From Candidatus Saccharimonadota bacterium (GTDB lineage: Bacteria; Patescibacteriota; Microgenomatia; UBA1406; GWC2-37-13): a DNA stretch of 32,000 nt. The stretch's first letter is position 1, and every line of letters begins with the position of its first letter. The stretch is from positions 330,001 through 362,000 of the forward strand of contig CP065004.1 in the NCBI GenBank assembly GCA_016700135.1. Reading direction: 5' to 3'. Positions 17,440-26,424 of this stretch are shown piece after piece. The notes under the pieces are model-generated. The model was not told the DNA's origin, did not search any database, and saw only the letters and a list, made by a program, of their open reading frames with translations. Made by a program: the position numbers and the translations under genes.

Positions 17440-20022
17440 ATGAGCAACTTATATCAACAATTAAAATCAGATGTAATTAACTGGAGACAGCAGGGTTATC
17501 CCTCCTCCTACCCTGTTATTGCAACCATCCTAAACTTCAATAAAAATAATTTTCTAAGACAAGCACAATTTGAGGCACTCGAAACTTACTGGTATTTGCG
17601 ACTGGTTAAAAACACCCCCAATATCTTCGAGCTTTATAAAGAATACTTCCAAGGCAAGGATCTCCTGAAAGCTCTTGGAATTTCTCTGTCAGAGGAGGAT
17701 CTGACCGATTTGTTGCTAGCTGGAGGCGGAATAGATGCAATCTTCGAAAAGGTAAAAACTGATAATGTCTTCGTTAAGAAGTATAAGCTTGAAGCTTTAA
17801 GAGAAACCCTCACCCTTCCATACCCAAGCTACATCTTGGCTTTGGCAATGGGAGCAGGAAAAACAATCCTTATTGCCTCCATCATTGCCACTGAGTTTGC
17901 AATGGCTCTAGAGTATCAAGAGAAAGACGGTATTTTTGTCAGAAACGCTCTGGTATTTGCGCCAGGCAAGACCATCCTTGGAGCATTGAAGGAAATTGCC
18001 GATACTCCATACGACAAGATCCTGCCTGCACGCTTCTACAAATCATTTGTAACCAATGTGAAGTTTACCTATACCAGGGATGGCGAAAAGGACATTCCCG
18101 TCATTCGAGGCAGTTCCTTTAATGTTATCGTCACCAACACCGAGAAAATCAGACTACAAAAAAACAGTATTCCCAAGTCATTTCTCGGCACACAACTGAG
18201 CCTAGGATTAGAAGAAGCCAAAGAGCTGGTTGCCAATCTGCGCTTACAATCAATCACCTCCTTGCCTCACTTAGCCGTCTTTTCAGACGAAGCGCATCAC
18301 ACCTACGGACAAGCATTAGCAGAGGATCTCAAGCGGGTGCGCCAGACCATTAACTACATCAGTGAAAAAACCAATCTTCTGGCAGTTGTTAACACCACAG
18401 GCACGCCTTACTTCCAAAGACAGCTCCTGCGAGATGTTATTTACTGGTATGGACTCTCCCAGGGCATTGAGGATGGCATTCTCAAGGAAGTCCGAGGCAA
18501 CATTGTTGCTTACAAAGAGGTTTCAGAGGAAGACTTTGTTATCGATATCGTCAAAGACTTCTTTCAGGAATACAAAGATGTTCGAGTCAATAACGGCGAA
18601 TACGCAAAACTGGCAATCTACTTCCCTCAGGTTGATGACCTAGACCAGGCTAAACCAATCGTTGAGCAAACGCTCATCTCTCTGAAACTAGATCCATCAG
18701 TTGTCTTACCAGTCCACAATAAATCACCAGAAGACATCAAAGACCTCTTTGACAACCGCATCAACGACCCGCACCTGCCTTACAGGGTGTTCTTGCTAGT
18801 CAACAAAGGCACTGAAGGGTGGAACTGTTTGTCCTTATTTGCCACCGCACTTGCAAGGAAACTCTCTTCCAGCAATAACTTTGTGCTTCAGGCAGCCAGC
18901 AGGTGCTTGAGGCAGGTCAATGGCAATACCAAGAAAGCCAAGATTTATCTCTCCAAAGCCAATGTCTCAGTGCTCGACCGCCAGCTTCAGGAAACCTTTG
19001 GTGAGGGCTTGGATGACCTCAATCGAGCCAAGACCGATACTTACCCAGTTAAGATTACTCTCAAAAAACTAGAAATCGAACCAGTTATCATCAAGAAGCT
19101 TATCCAAAAGATCGTCCCAGAAAACGATGCATCTACCACCTTGAAGGTGGAGAAGCCCAAATCTGACGCCGTAGAGGGGCTTGAGAAGACTGTTTACACC
19201 ATGTCCAAAACCCAGAGGAAAGGCGTCCTGGTTGAGGTTGATAGCGAAAAATCAAAGCCCAGAGATGTAAAGGTTGATTTATACCAGGCAGCAGTCCTGC
19301 TTGCCCATACTTATCGCCTTGACTCTCTAGAGATTTATAAGCTCCTTGCACCTCTTTACCCAGATGGAGAGATGTCTGCTGTTGACCTAGAGCTTGTCCG
19401 TTTACAACTAGAAAAGCAAGTTATCAAATACAAAGTCACTACGGAGACAATCGAAGAAGCCCTGGCACTTATCAAGACCAAAGGCTTTGAGGAAGAAGTC
19501 GAAGACGGCAAGACCTCCTATGTTACCCACATTAGGGTCAATAAGGACAATCTAGAAAAGTATGTCTTGGATACCGACACTTATAAAAAGAAGGCGGGTC
19601 AAATGCCTTTGTTTGGTTTCCACTATGACCCTTACAACTTCGATTCAGAAGACGAACGAGCTTTCTTTGAACAAATATTGGACAAACTCGGCGAAGATCC
19701 AGATAATGTTGAGGATATTTACTTTACAGGGGCACTCACGGATAGGGAGAAAACAGACTTTGCGTTTGAATATAAAGACAATAAAGGCGACTGGCATTCA
19801 TACACACCTGATTTCTTGATCAGAAAGAAAGACGGCAAGTCGCTTATAGTCGAAGTCAAGGGTAAGCCATACAGAAACGAGGCAGCAGAAAAGGAAATGA
19901 AACAACTAGAGGCGATAAATCCTGATAAAATTAAATATGAACTCCTGCTCTTAGAGGAAGGTGAATCGGTGTTTGGTAAAGTAACGCCAGTCTTTAATTG
20001 GATTTACCAAGCCCAAAAATAA
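17440..20022 (+). CDS. res: type III restriction enzyme Res subunit (SF2 helicase plus PD-(D/E)xK nuclease)
   Basis: It has Walker A LAMGAGKT, DEAH box FSDEAHH, and the C-terminal nuclease motif YTPDF...IVEVKG. Length is 860 aa. Confidence 0.85.
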   Translation: MSNLYQQLKSDVINWRQQGYPSSYPVIATILNFNKNNFLRQAQFEALETYWYLRLVKNTPNIFELYKEYFQGKDLLKALGISLSEEDLTDLLLAGGGIDAIFEKVKTDNVFVKKYKLEALRETLTLPYPSYILALAMGAGKTILIASIIATEFAMALEYQEKDGIFVRNALVFAPGKTILGALKEIADTPYDKILPARFYKSFVTNVKFTYTRDGEKDIPVIRGSSFNVIVTNTEKIRLQKNSIPKSFLGTQLSLGLEEAKELVANLRLQSITSLPHLAVFSDEAHHTYGQALAEDLKRVRQTINYISEKTNLLAVVNTTGTPYFQRQLLRDVIYWYGLSQGIEDGILKEVRGNIVAYKEVSEEDFVIDIVKDFFQEYKDVRVNNGEYAKLAIYFPQVDDLDQAKPIVEQTLISLKLDPSVVLPVHNKSPEDIKDLFDNRINDPHLPYRVFLLVNKGTEGWNCLSLFATALARKLSSSNNFVLQAASRCLRQVNGNTKKAKIYLSKANVSVLDRQLQETFGEGLDDLNRAKTDTYPVKITLKKLEIEPVIIKKLIQKIVPENDASTTLKVEKPKSDAVEGLEKTVYTMSKTQRKGVLVEVDSEKSKPRDVKVDLYQAAVLLAHTYRLDSLEIYKLLAPLYPDGEMSAVDLELVRLQLEKQVIKYKVTTETIEEALALIKTKGFEEEVEDGKTSYVTHIRVNKDNLEKYVLDTDTYKKKAGQMPLFGFHYDPYNFDSEDERAFFEQILDKLGEDPDNVEDIYFTGALTDREKTDFAFEYKDNKGDWHSYTPDFLIRKKDGKSLIVEVKGKPYRNEAAEKEMKQLEAINPDKIKYELLLLEEGESVFGKVTPVFNWIYQAQK

Positions 20023-20024
20023 CT

Positions 20025-21809
20025 ATGACAAATGACACAAACAAAAAAATAAAAATCGGCACACCTAACGGCAGACCTATGCTAACATGGGTGAATAAAA
20101 GGCCGTTAGAATCGGTTACAGGTTATCCGACACAACTCACCGAGAGCTTTGGAGACAAAGAAGCGCTCAAAGTGCCTGAATACGGCAAGCTAGAAAAGAA
20201 CTGGCACAACCTTCTCTTTCATGGCGATAACAAAGAAGTGCTCGCCTCTCTCTTGGAGTTAGGTTTCAGAGGCAAGGTTGATCTGATTTATATCGATCCT
20301 CCCTTTGCGAGCAATAAAGATTACATGCGCAAGGTTGAGCTAAGGGGTTTGAAAAGCCTAGGGAGACTAGAAGAGGATAGTGAATCGATTATCCAACAAA
20401 CAATGTATGAAGATATTTGGAAGAGAGATGAATACTTCCAATTTATTTATGAGAGGCTAATTCTCCTCAAAGAACTGCTCGCCGAAACAGGCAGTATTTA
20501 TGTCCACCTTGATTATCGCATGGTTCACTACATCAAAGTATTACTTGACGAAATCTTTGGAGAGGATGGCTTAAAGGCTGAAATTATCTGGAACTATGAA
20601 ACAGGCGGTGTAAACAAAAATGAATATGGGAAAAAACATGACAGCATACTCTTTTACACAAAGAGCGACAAGTTCACATTCAATGCGCAAGATATTCTTG
20701 AAAAAAGAGGAGAAGAAGTATTAAGACGACTTGCTACAGGTGTCGAATCAGCAACTAGGGCTAAGAACGAATTAAGGTTGCCAACTGATGTGTGGAGAAT
20801 CCCTGCAATAAATGCAATGGCCTTGGAAAGGATGGACTATGCCACACAAAAACCAGAGGCGCTTCTAGAAAAAATTATTAAAGCTTCTTCTGATCAAGGA
20901 GATCTGGTAATGGACTGTTTTATTGGCTCTGGCACAACTTGTGCAGTAGCTCAAAAGCTCGCTAGACGATGGATTGGCGTCGATGTCAACAAAGGCGCTA
21001 TCCAAGTAACTAGCAAAAGATTGCAGAAGATTATCAAGGAACAACAGAAAAAACTTATTGACGGACAAATTAGTAAAGCATTGGGGATCTATAAAGTTAA
21101 CAACTATGACCTGAGAATCCTCAAGACTGAAGCCAAAGAGCTAGCAATCCAACAATATGGAATCACCAGAACAAAAACAGAGACATTCTTTGATGGTTTA
21201 AGAGATAGTGGCGAACTGGTAAAAATCATAGACTTCAATCACCCGCTCACACTTCTTGACCTGCAGCTTATCAAGGACGAACTCGATAAACGACCAGAAG
21301 AAGACAGAGATATCGTTGTAATTTGTCTAGGAAGAGAGACAAAAGTCGATTCCTGGGTTGAGGAATGGAATAAAAAACAACCTCATAAAGACGCACGCAC
21401 CAGTAAGCGCATGAGGCAGTTCGTTGTCTTTGATCTTAAGGACAAGAACTTTGTCAGCTACGAACCCTCAAAAGCTGAAGTCGAGATTACTAGAGCGGGT
21501 AAAGATAAAGATAAAGTTAAAATCAAGGTTGTCTCTTTTATCTCCCCTTCCATAATCAAACGCTTGGAACTTGAACCAGGACTACTGCAAAAAAAGATTC
21601 CAGACTTCAGATCAATGATCGATGTCGTTTTGGTAGATACAAACTATGACAACGAAGTGTTCAAGATTGGCTTCTCTGATGTCCCAGAGAAACAGAGCGA
21701 CCTGGTCAAGGGAGAATACGAGCTTGAGATAACAGAAAAACCATCCAAAGTGGCAGTCAAAATCATTGACATGTTAGGAGAAGAAGTCTTGGTTACCAAA
21801 GAAGTGTAA
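20025..21809 (+). CDS. mod: type III Mod-like beta-class amino DNA methyltransferase
   Basis: Motif IV DLIYIDPPF precedes motif I CFIGSGTTCAVAQKL. The ATG at 20025 is 2 nt after the res stop; the track's TTG start is at 19998. Confidence 0.85.
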   Translation: MTNDTNKKIKIGTPNGRPMLTWVNKRPLESVTGYPTQLTESFGDKEALKVPEYGKLEKNWHNLLFHGDNKEVLASLLELGFRGKVDLIYIDPPFASNKDYMRKVELRGLKSLGRLEEDSESIIQQTMYEDIWKRDEYFQFIYERLILLKELLAETGSIYVHLDYRMVHYIKVLLDEIFGEDGLKAEIIWNYETGGVNKNEYGKKHDSILFYTKSDKFTFNAQDILEKRGEEVLRRLATGVESATRAKNELRLPTDVWRIPAINAMALERMDYATQKPEALLEKIIKASSDQGDLVMDCFIGSGTTCAVAQKLARRWIGVDVNKGAIQVTSKRLQKIIKEQQKKLIDGQISKALGIYKVNNYDLRILKTEAKELAIQQYGITRTKTETFFDGLRDSGELVKIIDFNHPLTLLDLQLIKDELDKRPEEDRDIVVICLGRETKVDSWVEEWNKKQPHKDARTSKRMRQFVVFDLKDKNFVSYEPSKAEVEITRAGKDKDKVKIKVVSFISPSIIKRLELEPGLLQKKIPDFRSMIDVVLVDTNYDNEVFKIGFSDVPEKQSDLVKGEYELEITEKPSKVAVKIIDMLGEEVLVTKEV

Positions 21810-21814
21810 CTAAA

Positions 21815-23683
21815 CTAAGCCTTCGCTTTTTCCTCACCAGAAAACTCTTTAATTAGAACATCGAATACTTTCTTGAAGTTTTCTTTGGTATCCTTTGAAA
21901 GTTTATCTTTTACTTCAGTAGCTCTAGATAAAAACTTTTTAGCTAATAAAACTTTGTCAGCTTTGGCTTTGGTGACATACTCTGAGTTGCTGGATTTATA
22001 AGTTTTTGAGCTGTCTTCTATAACATGATTTATAAAGTCCTCTTGGGTAAACAAATCTTCTATCCGCACGCCATCGCTATCCGAAACCGCTTTGATTTGT
22101 GCTTTTTCAACTAGCCACCTTTTTGTTAGGTTTTTCTCTCCATCCTTCTTGCCCTGGTCACTATCGTAAAGGTATAGCACCTTACAACCCCAACCATGTA
22201 GGATTGTTCCCACTTTTGGCATATTTCCTGAACCGCCACCGTAAATAAAGTTTAACTGCCCATCGTCTAAGATCGTCTTAAAAGCTGTCAGGTAATACCA
22301 ATCGGAAGGCCCCTCAACCACCACATTATTGAGCTTGTCAGGATTGGTAATTCCACTCGTTATTTCAAGTCCTATTGCAGTCAAGATAGGGGTTAAGGTT
22401 TCCTTGTCCGACACTTTGTGAATCTTTGATTCAACAGTCGTCCCATCCTCTCGTCCTCTAAAAACTAAACGCACCCGATCCAATTTGTCTGGATCGAGCA
22501 AGTAAGGAGAATGTGTGGAGAAAATGACTGGCATCTTGGCTGAACGATCCTCTAAAACGCTCAGAACATCTCTTTGTGCCTTAGCATGCAAATAAAGCCC
22601 AGGTTCGTCAACCAAAAGGTAGTTTTGTGTGCCAGACTCATAATGAAGCTTGAGCTGGATATAAAAAGAGAGAAACCATTGGAAGCCCTTACTTCGTTGC
22701 TGCATGCTGAACTTTTCACTTTTACCTTCTTCAACAAAGCCAAATACCAAATTATCTCCGTCAAGCATTGCTTCAAGTTCAACCTTATCTTGATTCCAAA
22801 AATCCAAGAAATCTCCCGTAATCGTGGTCGATTTACGACTCAGGTAGTTGATGTTTTGCTGTCGTGTTCGTTCTGCGTTAAGAAGGAGGTCTAGGTCTAT
22901 CTCAGAAATTTTAGCAAAATTCAGCACCGCCTTGTTTTTCTTGGCTTCAGCTAAGGGAATTTGAAACGGCAAAAGATTTTCAAAAGAATCAAAGTAGATA
23001 AAGTTTGGGGTCGATTTGACCAGCGCGTCTGTAAACTTTCTCTCTAGATCAAGAGTTGTCTGAAGTTGTTGAGCTAACTTCACGGCTTCGGCCATATACT
23101 GAGTGGCAGTATTCCTCTGTGCCTCATCCTCGATCTTTGGCAAAAGCGGGGTTAGTTGTTGTTGAAAATCAGTTAATTGCTTTACTAGTGGCGCTGCATC
23201 ACTAAAATCCAGCTCTGGTAAAGTCAAACCAACTGCCTCATTTTTTTTCAGAACTAAAGAAACAGAAGACGCCTTTCCTTTTATGGCTTTCCTTATTTCA
23301 TTAGCTTGCCCATCTAATTTTCCATTTAGCCACTTAGATGTGTCACCATCGAGGTCATAGGTTTTAGGAAATGTCTTAGTAATCGTAAGGTCACAAGATT
23401 TTTGCTCTTTACCTTCTAGTCCGATTGCCTGCAGTAAAGGGTTTATCTCATCTGCTGATAATGTAAAGGTAATTGCGACCTGTGATACGGCCTCCTCATT
23501 AAAAATAGGTTTAGCCTCTTTTCTAATTTCCTTGTCTTTATCAAAATCTTCAACCGCCTCTAATATCGCAGTTTTCCCCGACTCATTTTTCCCAGCAAGT
23601 ATAGTAACCTTTTCCTCAAGATAGATATCTCCAGAATTCTGGACTGAACGATAGTTATTGATCCGAACCTTTTTAATTCTCAT
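21815..23683 (-). CDS. OLD-family ABC-type ATPase fused to a Toprim nuclease domain
   Basis: It has Walker A GKNESGKT, Walker B LLVDEPGLYLH and H-loop STHSPY. The C-terminal Toprim has VVVEGPSDWYYL and LYDSDQG. It is convergent with mod, with 5 nt between the stops. Confidence 0.75.
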   Translation of the reverse strand: MRIKKVRINNYRSVQNSGDIYLEEKVTILAGKNESGKTAILEAVEDFDKDKEIRKEAKPIFNEEAVSQVAITFTLSADEINPLLQAIGLEGKEQKSCDLTITKTFPKTYDLDGDTSKWLNGKLDGQANEIRKAIKGKASSVSLVLKKNEAVGLTLPELDFSDAAPLVKQLTDFQQQLTPLLPKIEDEAQRNTATQYMAEAVKLAQQLQTTLDLERKFTDALVKSTPNFIYFDSFENLLPFQIPLAEAKKNKAVLNFAKISEIDLDLLLNAERTRQQNINYLSRKSTTITGDFLDFWNQDKVELEAMLDGDNLVFGFVEEGKSEKFSMQQRSKGFQWFLSFYIQLKLHYESGTQNYLLVDEPGLYLHAKAQRDVLSVLEDRSAKMPVIFSTHSPYLLDPDKLDRVRLVFRGREDGTTVESKIHKVSDKETLTPILTAIGLEITSGITNPDKLNNVVVEGPSDWYYLTAFKTILDDGQLNFIYGGGSGNMPKVGTILHGWGCKVLYLYDSDQGKKDGEKNLTKRWLVEKAQIKAVSDSDGVRIEDLFTQEDFINHVIEDSSKTYKSSNSEYVTKAKADKVLLAKKFLSRATEVKDKLSKDTKENFKKVFDVLIKEFSGEEKAKA

Positions 23684-23698
23684 TTTAATCTTTCGCTT

Positions 23699-23725
23699 AC
23701 AAAAACTGCCCTCTACAAAGGGCAG
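23699..23725 (-). terminator. intrinsic terminator separating the 290-aa/46-aa gene pair from the OLD gene
   Basis: The minus strand reads CTGCCCT-TTGTAG-AGGGCAG followed by TTTTTG. Confidence 0.5.
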
Positions 23726-23920
23726 GTGAGCGTTGCTCTTATGTAAAGCTCAACTTAATTATACAAGAAATATGAGGAAACTGTAAGAGAACAGATGGAG
23801 CGAACACGCCCGTGACCGCGCGTAGCGGCTTGTGTGGGACTTTCGTGCCTGGGGTGGCATCAGACTACCTTAATTTAGCTTCAGAAGCCTCGTTGGAGCT
23901 GTGTTGAGGAAATTTGGGAG

Positions 23921-24061
23921 TCAATAACTGCAATCCTTGATATTCGCCCAATCAACAGGAATGCCAGAGTTAGTGAATCGGCTAATCACACAATCAGCAG
24001 TAAGCAGAAACCATACAAGAAGGATCGCCAAGATTACAAAAACCGACCACCACTTTTTCAT
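23921..24061 (-). CDS. small membrane protein (46 aa)
   Basis: The internal ATG gives MKKWWSVFVILAILLVWFLLTA.... The track ORF 23921-24106 overlaps the upstream gene. Confidence 0.35.
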   Translation of the reverse strand: MKKWWSVFVILAILLVWFLLTADCVISRFTNSGIPVDWANIKDCSY

Positions 24062-24071
24062 ACTGTTCTGA

Positions 24072-24944
24072 TTATAGCTTTTCAATATCCCAACCCTCGT
24101 TGTCATAGACCGCCACCTGACCGCCTTGGGTAACTGTTAGGCTGACCATGGGGTAACGAGTGGATTTGGTTTTGAGACACCAGACTCCTTGGTCATTTTT
24201 ATACGCCCCCTCACGAGTAGTATCAACATCACCACACTCCTCGTATTCTTTAGTGAAGGGTTTTGAGTAGTCATACCACTTTACGAAGAAGTTGCCAGGT
24301 TTTGTGCCTTCAAATTCATAAGTCATATTGGAGATATCAACGCCAAAAATATCCTTATGCTTGGTCATAAACTCTTCAGCTACCTTACGAACCTGCTCCT
24401 TGGTCGTATATCGGGGAGTATTGTCATACTCAGGCATGTTTTCAAACCAGCGCGTGCCGTCTTCTTTTGTTCCCCAACGGCGCTCTGCCTCTCCTACCTC
24501 TACGATGTAATTGGTCTTAGGGTCAATGGTAAAGGCAAATCGAGCTGCTTCATAGTGTTCTGAAGCTGGGCTGTTATAGTCCGTTCCATTATCACCAGGC
24601 TTGTTGTTAAACCTACTACAGAGGAATTCTACAGGGATATCAGACATCCCCAAAAACTCACGGATATTAGCAATAGCTTTCTCCCTCTCAGCAGCAGGAC
24701 GAGCGGTTAACAAACAGAACTTCTCACGCGCTTCTTTATACTCCTGAGAGTCTTTATTAGGGTTCGCGCTCAGGGTTACCAGGAGCGCGGCTACTTCTTT
24801 GTCTTTTACACTCTCCTGCAAAGATTGCCCTATCTTAGATTGGCTTAAAAAACGAGGAGCTAACACAACTCCCAAGATAATAAGAATAACCAGGAATAAA
24901 ACTGCAGGAATAATTCGAGATTTTGTTTTATGTTTCATTATCAT
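24072..24944 (-). CDS. membrane-anchored/secreted hypothetical protein (290 aa)
   Basis: It has an N-terminal anchor (IIPAVLFLVILIILGVVLA) and no recognisable domain. Confidence 0.6.
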   Translation of the reverse strand: MIMKHKTKSRIIPAVLFLVILIILGVVLAPRFLSQSKIGQSLQESVKDKEVAALLVTLSANPNKDSQEYKEAREKFCLLTARPAAEREKAIANIREFLGMSDIPVEFLCSRFNNKPGDNGTDYNSPASEHYEAARFAFTIDPKTNYIVEVGEAERRWGTKEDGTRWFENMPEYDNTPRYTTKEQVRKVAEEFMTKHKDIFGVDISNMTYEFEGTKPGNFFVKWYDYSKPFTKEYEECGDVDTTREGAYKNDQGVWCLKTKSTRYPMVSLTVTQGGQVAVYDNEGWDIEKL

Positions 24945-25087
24945 TTTTACCTCCTTACAGGCTAAATTAATAACTTTACCCTAGAGGTGTTGCATATTAA
25001 CTTCGCTTGGGGGAGATTGTCAAATCAATGCAAAAAGCTCCCCGCCAGGCGGTAGCTTTCGCTACCCGTAACCCTTTCGAGCTACGA

Positions 25088-25140
25088 CCCGCTACAGGTC
25101 TCCTGAACGAGGAGCTTGCTACCCTGTAGCGGGATTTTTT
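25088..25140 (+). terminator. compound hairpin plus T6 (intrinsic terminator-like) with no upstream plus-strand CDS
   Basis: The 11-bp outer stem is CCCGCTACAGG / CCTGTAGCGGG. It encloses the inner hairpin CTCCT-GAACG-AGGAG and is followed by ATTTTTT. Confidence 0.5.
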
Positions 25141-25333
25141 ATCTGCCATGCCCCATAAAGAGGTTTAGGCAATTACTCATATTCTATCAATTCCAAGGGG
25201 AATTAAAAATAACAACCAGAAACGGTCAAAAGTGGAGATAATGTAAACAAATATGAACAAAAGGTATCTTGAATTGGCACCTGGGATTTGTTTCAATGAG
25301 GATAGATAGGAAGTAAAGCCTAACGAAACGATC

Positions 25334-25393
25334 GGGGCTGTGACTTCTGAGTATACGCACTCGCGTGTATTTAGAAGTTGCAGCCCCTTTTTT
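25334..25393 (+). terminator. 25-bp-stem RNA hairpin plus T6, just upstream of the 25408 start codon
   Basis: Positions 25334-25358 pair with 25363-25387 around the loop ACTC. Five of the pairs are G-U and so work only in plus-strand RNA. TTTTTT follows at 25388-25393. Confidence 0.55.
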
Positions 25394-25407
25394 GTTGCCT
25401 AATAACT

Positions 25408-25653
25408 ATGAATACACTTAATAACGATTACTACTCAACCAGCGACCTCTCACTGGCTACCACCCTCTCTCTTTGGTGTCCCATCGAAGACATTGACCGA
25501 TCTAATCCTCGTAAGGCTTTGTTTATTTTCCAAAACACGGAAAAACTTCAGGATCTCGTCGCCGAGTATTACCGCGACGAAATCAAGGTGTCACCACAAG
25601 TCTATTTTAATCAGTTGCGCGTTGTTAAGGCGCGCTTATATGCAAACGGATAA
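25408..25653 (+). CDS. DUF5659-like small protein
   Basis: The ATG at 25408 gives MNTLNNDYYSTSDLSLATTLSLW...FIFQN.... The track's upstream start falls inside the terminator hairpin. Confidence 0.5.
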   Translation: MNTLNNDYYSTSDLSLATTLSLWCPIEDIDRSNPRKALFIFQNTEKLQDLVAEYYRDEIKVSPQVYFNQLRVVKARLYANG

Positions 25654-25655
25654 CC

Positions 25656-25811
25656 ATGATAAGTAGGAACCTATTACTAGAACTAAAACAGATCCTGGAA
25701 GAAGACTACCAGCTCAAATTGACACTCCAGGAAGTTACAGAGATTGCCATGACATTACTAGGGTTTACCGAGACTCTTATAAAAATTGAGGCAACAAAAT
25801 TATGCAAATGA
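25656..25811 (+). CDS. small hypothetical protein (51 aa), below the track threshold
   Basis: The ATG is 2 nt after the previous stop. The product is MISRNLLLELKQILEEDYQLKLTLQEVTEIAMTLLGFTETLIKIEATKLCK. Confidence 0.35.
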   Translation: MISRNLLLELKQILEEDYQLKLTLQEVTEIAMTLLGFTETLIKIEATKLCK

Positions 25812-25821
25812 GGTGAAAACC

Positions 25822-25944
25822 ATGTCTAACGAACAAGTATCTATCATCAAACAAACCAAAGAAATGCTTGAAAAGGCTTATAAGGCAGCTCTCAGTCAGG
25901 CAATAAAGAGAGGAATTGCCCAGGCAAAAAAGAGGAAACAATAA
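25822..25944 (+). CDS. small basic hypothetical protein (40 aa), below the track threshold
   Basis: A GAGGTGA SD lies 5 nt upstream of the ATG. The product is MSNEQVSIIKQTKEMLEKAYKAALSQAIKRGIAQAKKRKQ. Confidence 0.4.
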   Translation: MSNEQVSIIKQTKEMLEKAYKAALSQAIKRGIAQAKKRKQ

Positions 25945-25956
25945 AAATGACGATCA

Positions 25957-26424
25957 ATGACTATGACAAAAAACCAGCAATCAAAACAAGCTGAAGAGCT
26001 TTATATCCAGGTATGGAGAAATCCGATATTTTATGGAGGATTGTTTACCGTCCTTTCTCCTGAAGACTGGCAGACATTAACAGCCCTGGCAATGTTTATG
26101 GATCAGAACGGCGTTTGTTATCCCTCCGAGAAGAAACTAGGACAAATACTAGGCATAAAGAATACTGCCAGTGTCAGCAGAAGGATTGCCAGACTTGAAA
26201 CAAAAGAATATCAGAATGAGGTGGTTTTACTGGTTGAAAGAGGGAGAAAGACAAATGAGAAGGGAGTCTGGGTCTTCACTAACAACAAATACTACCTTAA
26301 CCCAGACATCGTCTCTATTTTTAATCCCCATCCCAAGACTCTCAGTTGTCGTGAAGAACAAATGGAGAAATTCCTTCAAATAAGGCAAAAGCTCGTTAAC
26401 TCGTTTAGCTTTAACACAAAATGA
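25957..26424 (+). CDS. winged-HTH protein (replication-initiator/regulator-like) of the mobile element
   Basis: CYPSEKKLGQILGIKNTASVSRRIARLE is the typical HTH of element-encoded Rep/DnaD-like N-terminal domains. Confidence 0.55.
   Translation: MTMTKNQQSKQAEELYIQVWRNPIFYGGLFTVLSPEDWQTLTALAMFMDQNGVCYPSEKKLGQILGIKNTASVSRRIARLETKEYQNEVVLLVERGRKTNEKGVWVFTNNKYYLNPDIVSIFNPHPKTLSCREEQMEKFLQIRQKLVNSFSFNTK

Noticed and set aside
20044-21520. Phase-variation repeats in mod (an A7 run at 20044-20050 and AAAGATAAAGATAAAG at about 21503) and an A8 run in the OLD gene (23241-23248)
   Set aside because: The tracts are short compared with known phase-variable type III mod repeats, and all three genes are currently in frame. 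They are worth a look only if population data exist.
25040-25052. CCGCC-A-GGCGG near 25040 as another member of the TCCGCC/GGCGGA hairpin family
   Set aside because: It shares only 5 bp of stem, has a 1-nt loop that cannot fold, and lacks the flanking T/A. It is probably a coincidence within a GC-rich structured region.
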